Assembly (NCBI GenBank): GCA_963806185.1
Contig: CAWDXE010000001.1
Span: forward strand, 96,001 to 160,000
Source: an uncultured candidate division Zixibacteria bacterium
GTDB taxonomy: Bacteria; Zixibacteria; MSB-5A5; GN15; FEB-12
Direction: 5' to 3'
Length of the DNA stretch: 64,000 bases
Made by a program: the position numbers and the translations under genes. Below the pieces are notes generated by a model, which saw only the letters and a list, made by a program, of their open reading frames with translations, was not told the DNA's origin and searched no databases. Shown piece by piece: positions 63,346 through 64,000 of the stretch. The stretch's first letter is position 1, and the number at the start of each line of letters is the position of its first letter.

Positions 63346-64000
63346 GTGAGAATGTTGCAACGATGTCTGGTAGTCGCTCTGGTGGCCCTGATCGCCACCG
63401 GGTCGGTCTTCGCGCGCAAGCTGCCCGAAGGCGCCTATATCAAGACTGCCAAGATCGAAGTCCTCTCCGGTGATCTGGAACGGTATAAAACCGCCCAAGC
63501 CATGTTGGACTCGCTGTTCATCAACTACGGCCCCCACGCCGAAGGCATGTACTGGCAGTGCCAGATCATGGTCGATATATTGGATAAAGCGCCGGGTCTT
63601 GAGGCCAAACGCCAGTACGCGACGACACTCGTAAAACTCATCGATTCCCTCGCCTGGATCTGCGGTAATGAAGCCATCAAGCCGAACTATCGCAAAGGCT
63701 GCGACAAGTTTCTTAAGGGTATGGATACCACACGCGAGAGTATCTGGCGTGAATTCTATAACGCCGGCGTCGCTCAAGTGAGCGAGATTCAGAAAGTCTC
63801 AGAGGAAATGAAGGGCGTGACTGACTCCGTCGCCCTCGCCTTCTACCAAAATCGTCTCCCAGCCCTTTCCGATTCCTGCACCCAGAACATGACTCTGGCC
63901 ATCCTTGTCGATCCTTCCGACTCGCGTTCCTACATCGGCCTCGGCACCATCTATGAGAGCCAGGGGAAATTCGATTCCTCCAACACCTGGCTGAAAATGG
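63346..64000 (+). CDS. Exported TPR-like protein, 5' part (runs off the window)
   Basis: AGGAGG then GTG 63346 or ATG 63352; MLQRCLVVALVALIATGSVFA|RK; open to the end; DPSDSRSYIGLGTIYESQG is TPR-like. Confidence 0.8.
   Translation, partial: MRMLQRCLVVALVALIATGSVFARKLPEGAYIKTAKIEVLSGDLERYKTAQAMLDSLFINYGPHAEGMYWQCQIMVDILDKAPGLEAKRQYATTLVKLIDSLAWICGNEAIKPNYRKGCDKFLKGMDTTRESIWREFYNAGVAQVSEIQKVSEEMKGVTDSVALAFYQNRLPALSDSCTQNMTLAILVDPSDSRSYIGLGTIYESQGKFDSSNTWLKM

Overview
A gene-dense, GC-rich bacterial chromosome segment, mostly housekeeping genes. The LpxC-FabZ fusion, long SecA and DUF4159/DUF4175/DUF2723 genes suggest an FCB-group diderm such as Zixibacteria (inference). Left part: a lipid A/Kdo operon (lpxC-fabZ, lpxA, gnnA-like, lpxB, waaA, lpxK) running into nadB and guaA; rsgA-mlaD-GH57; secA; a patatin-POTRA-Omp85 protein; TrmH, DUF4097 and SppA. 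Middle: a type IV minor-pilin operon with tandem pilW and pilX paralogues; ALDH, nfo, a lone HEPN-motif gene, ychF, lon, nnr, a kinase-cheV pair, an ECF sigma, an M23 peptidase and an SDR. Right part: a REP-rich hotspot, a signal-peptide nucleosidase, DUF4159-DUF4175-TPR, DUF2723, two tandem major pilins, a squalene/phytoene synthase, DUF4139 and a partial TPR gene. No rRNA, tRNA, CRISPR array or transposase was seen. Most notable unannotated signals: a ~430-nt structured RNA candidate with its own sigma70 promoter and terminator (18.74-19.17 kb); a ~110-nt sRNA candidate with GCACAC repeats (33.7-33.8 kb); an orphan gene bracketed by 130-bp REP-derived direct repeats (45.6-47.1 kb); and recurring sigma54+IHF and sigma28-like promoters. 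Several genes carry single-base indels that are most likely assembly errors. All calls come from reading by eye; no database searches or folding programs were run.
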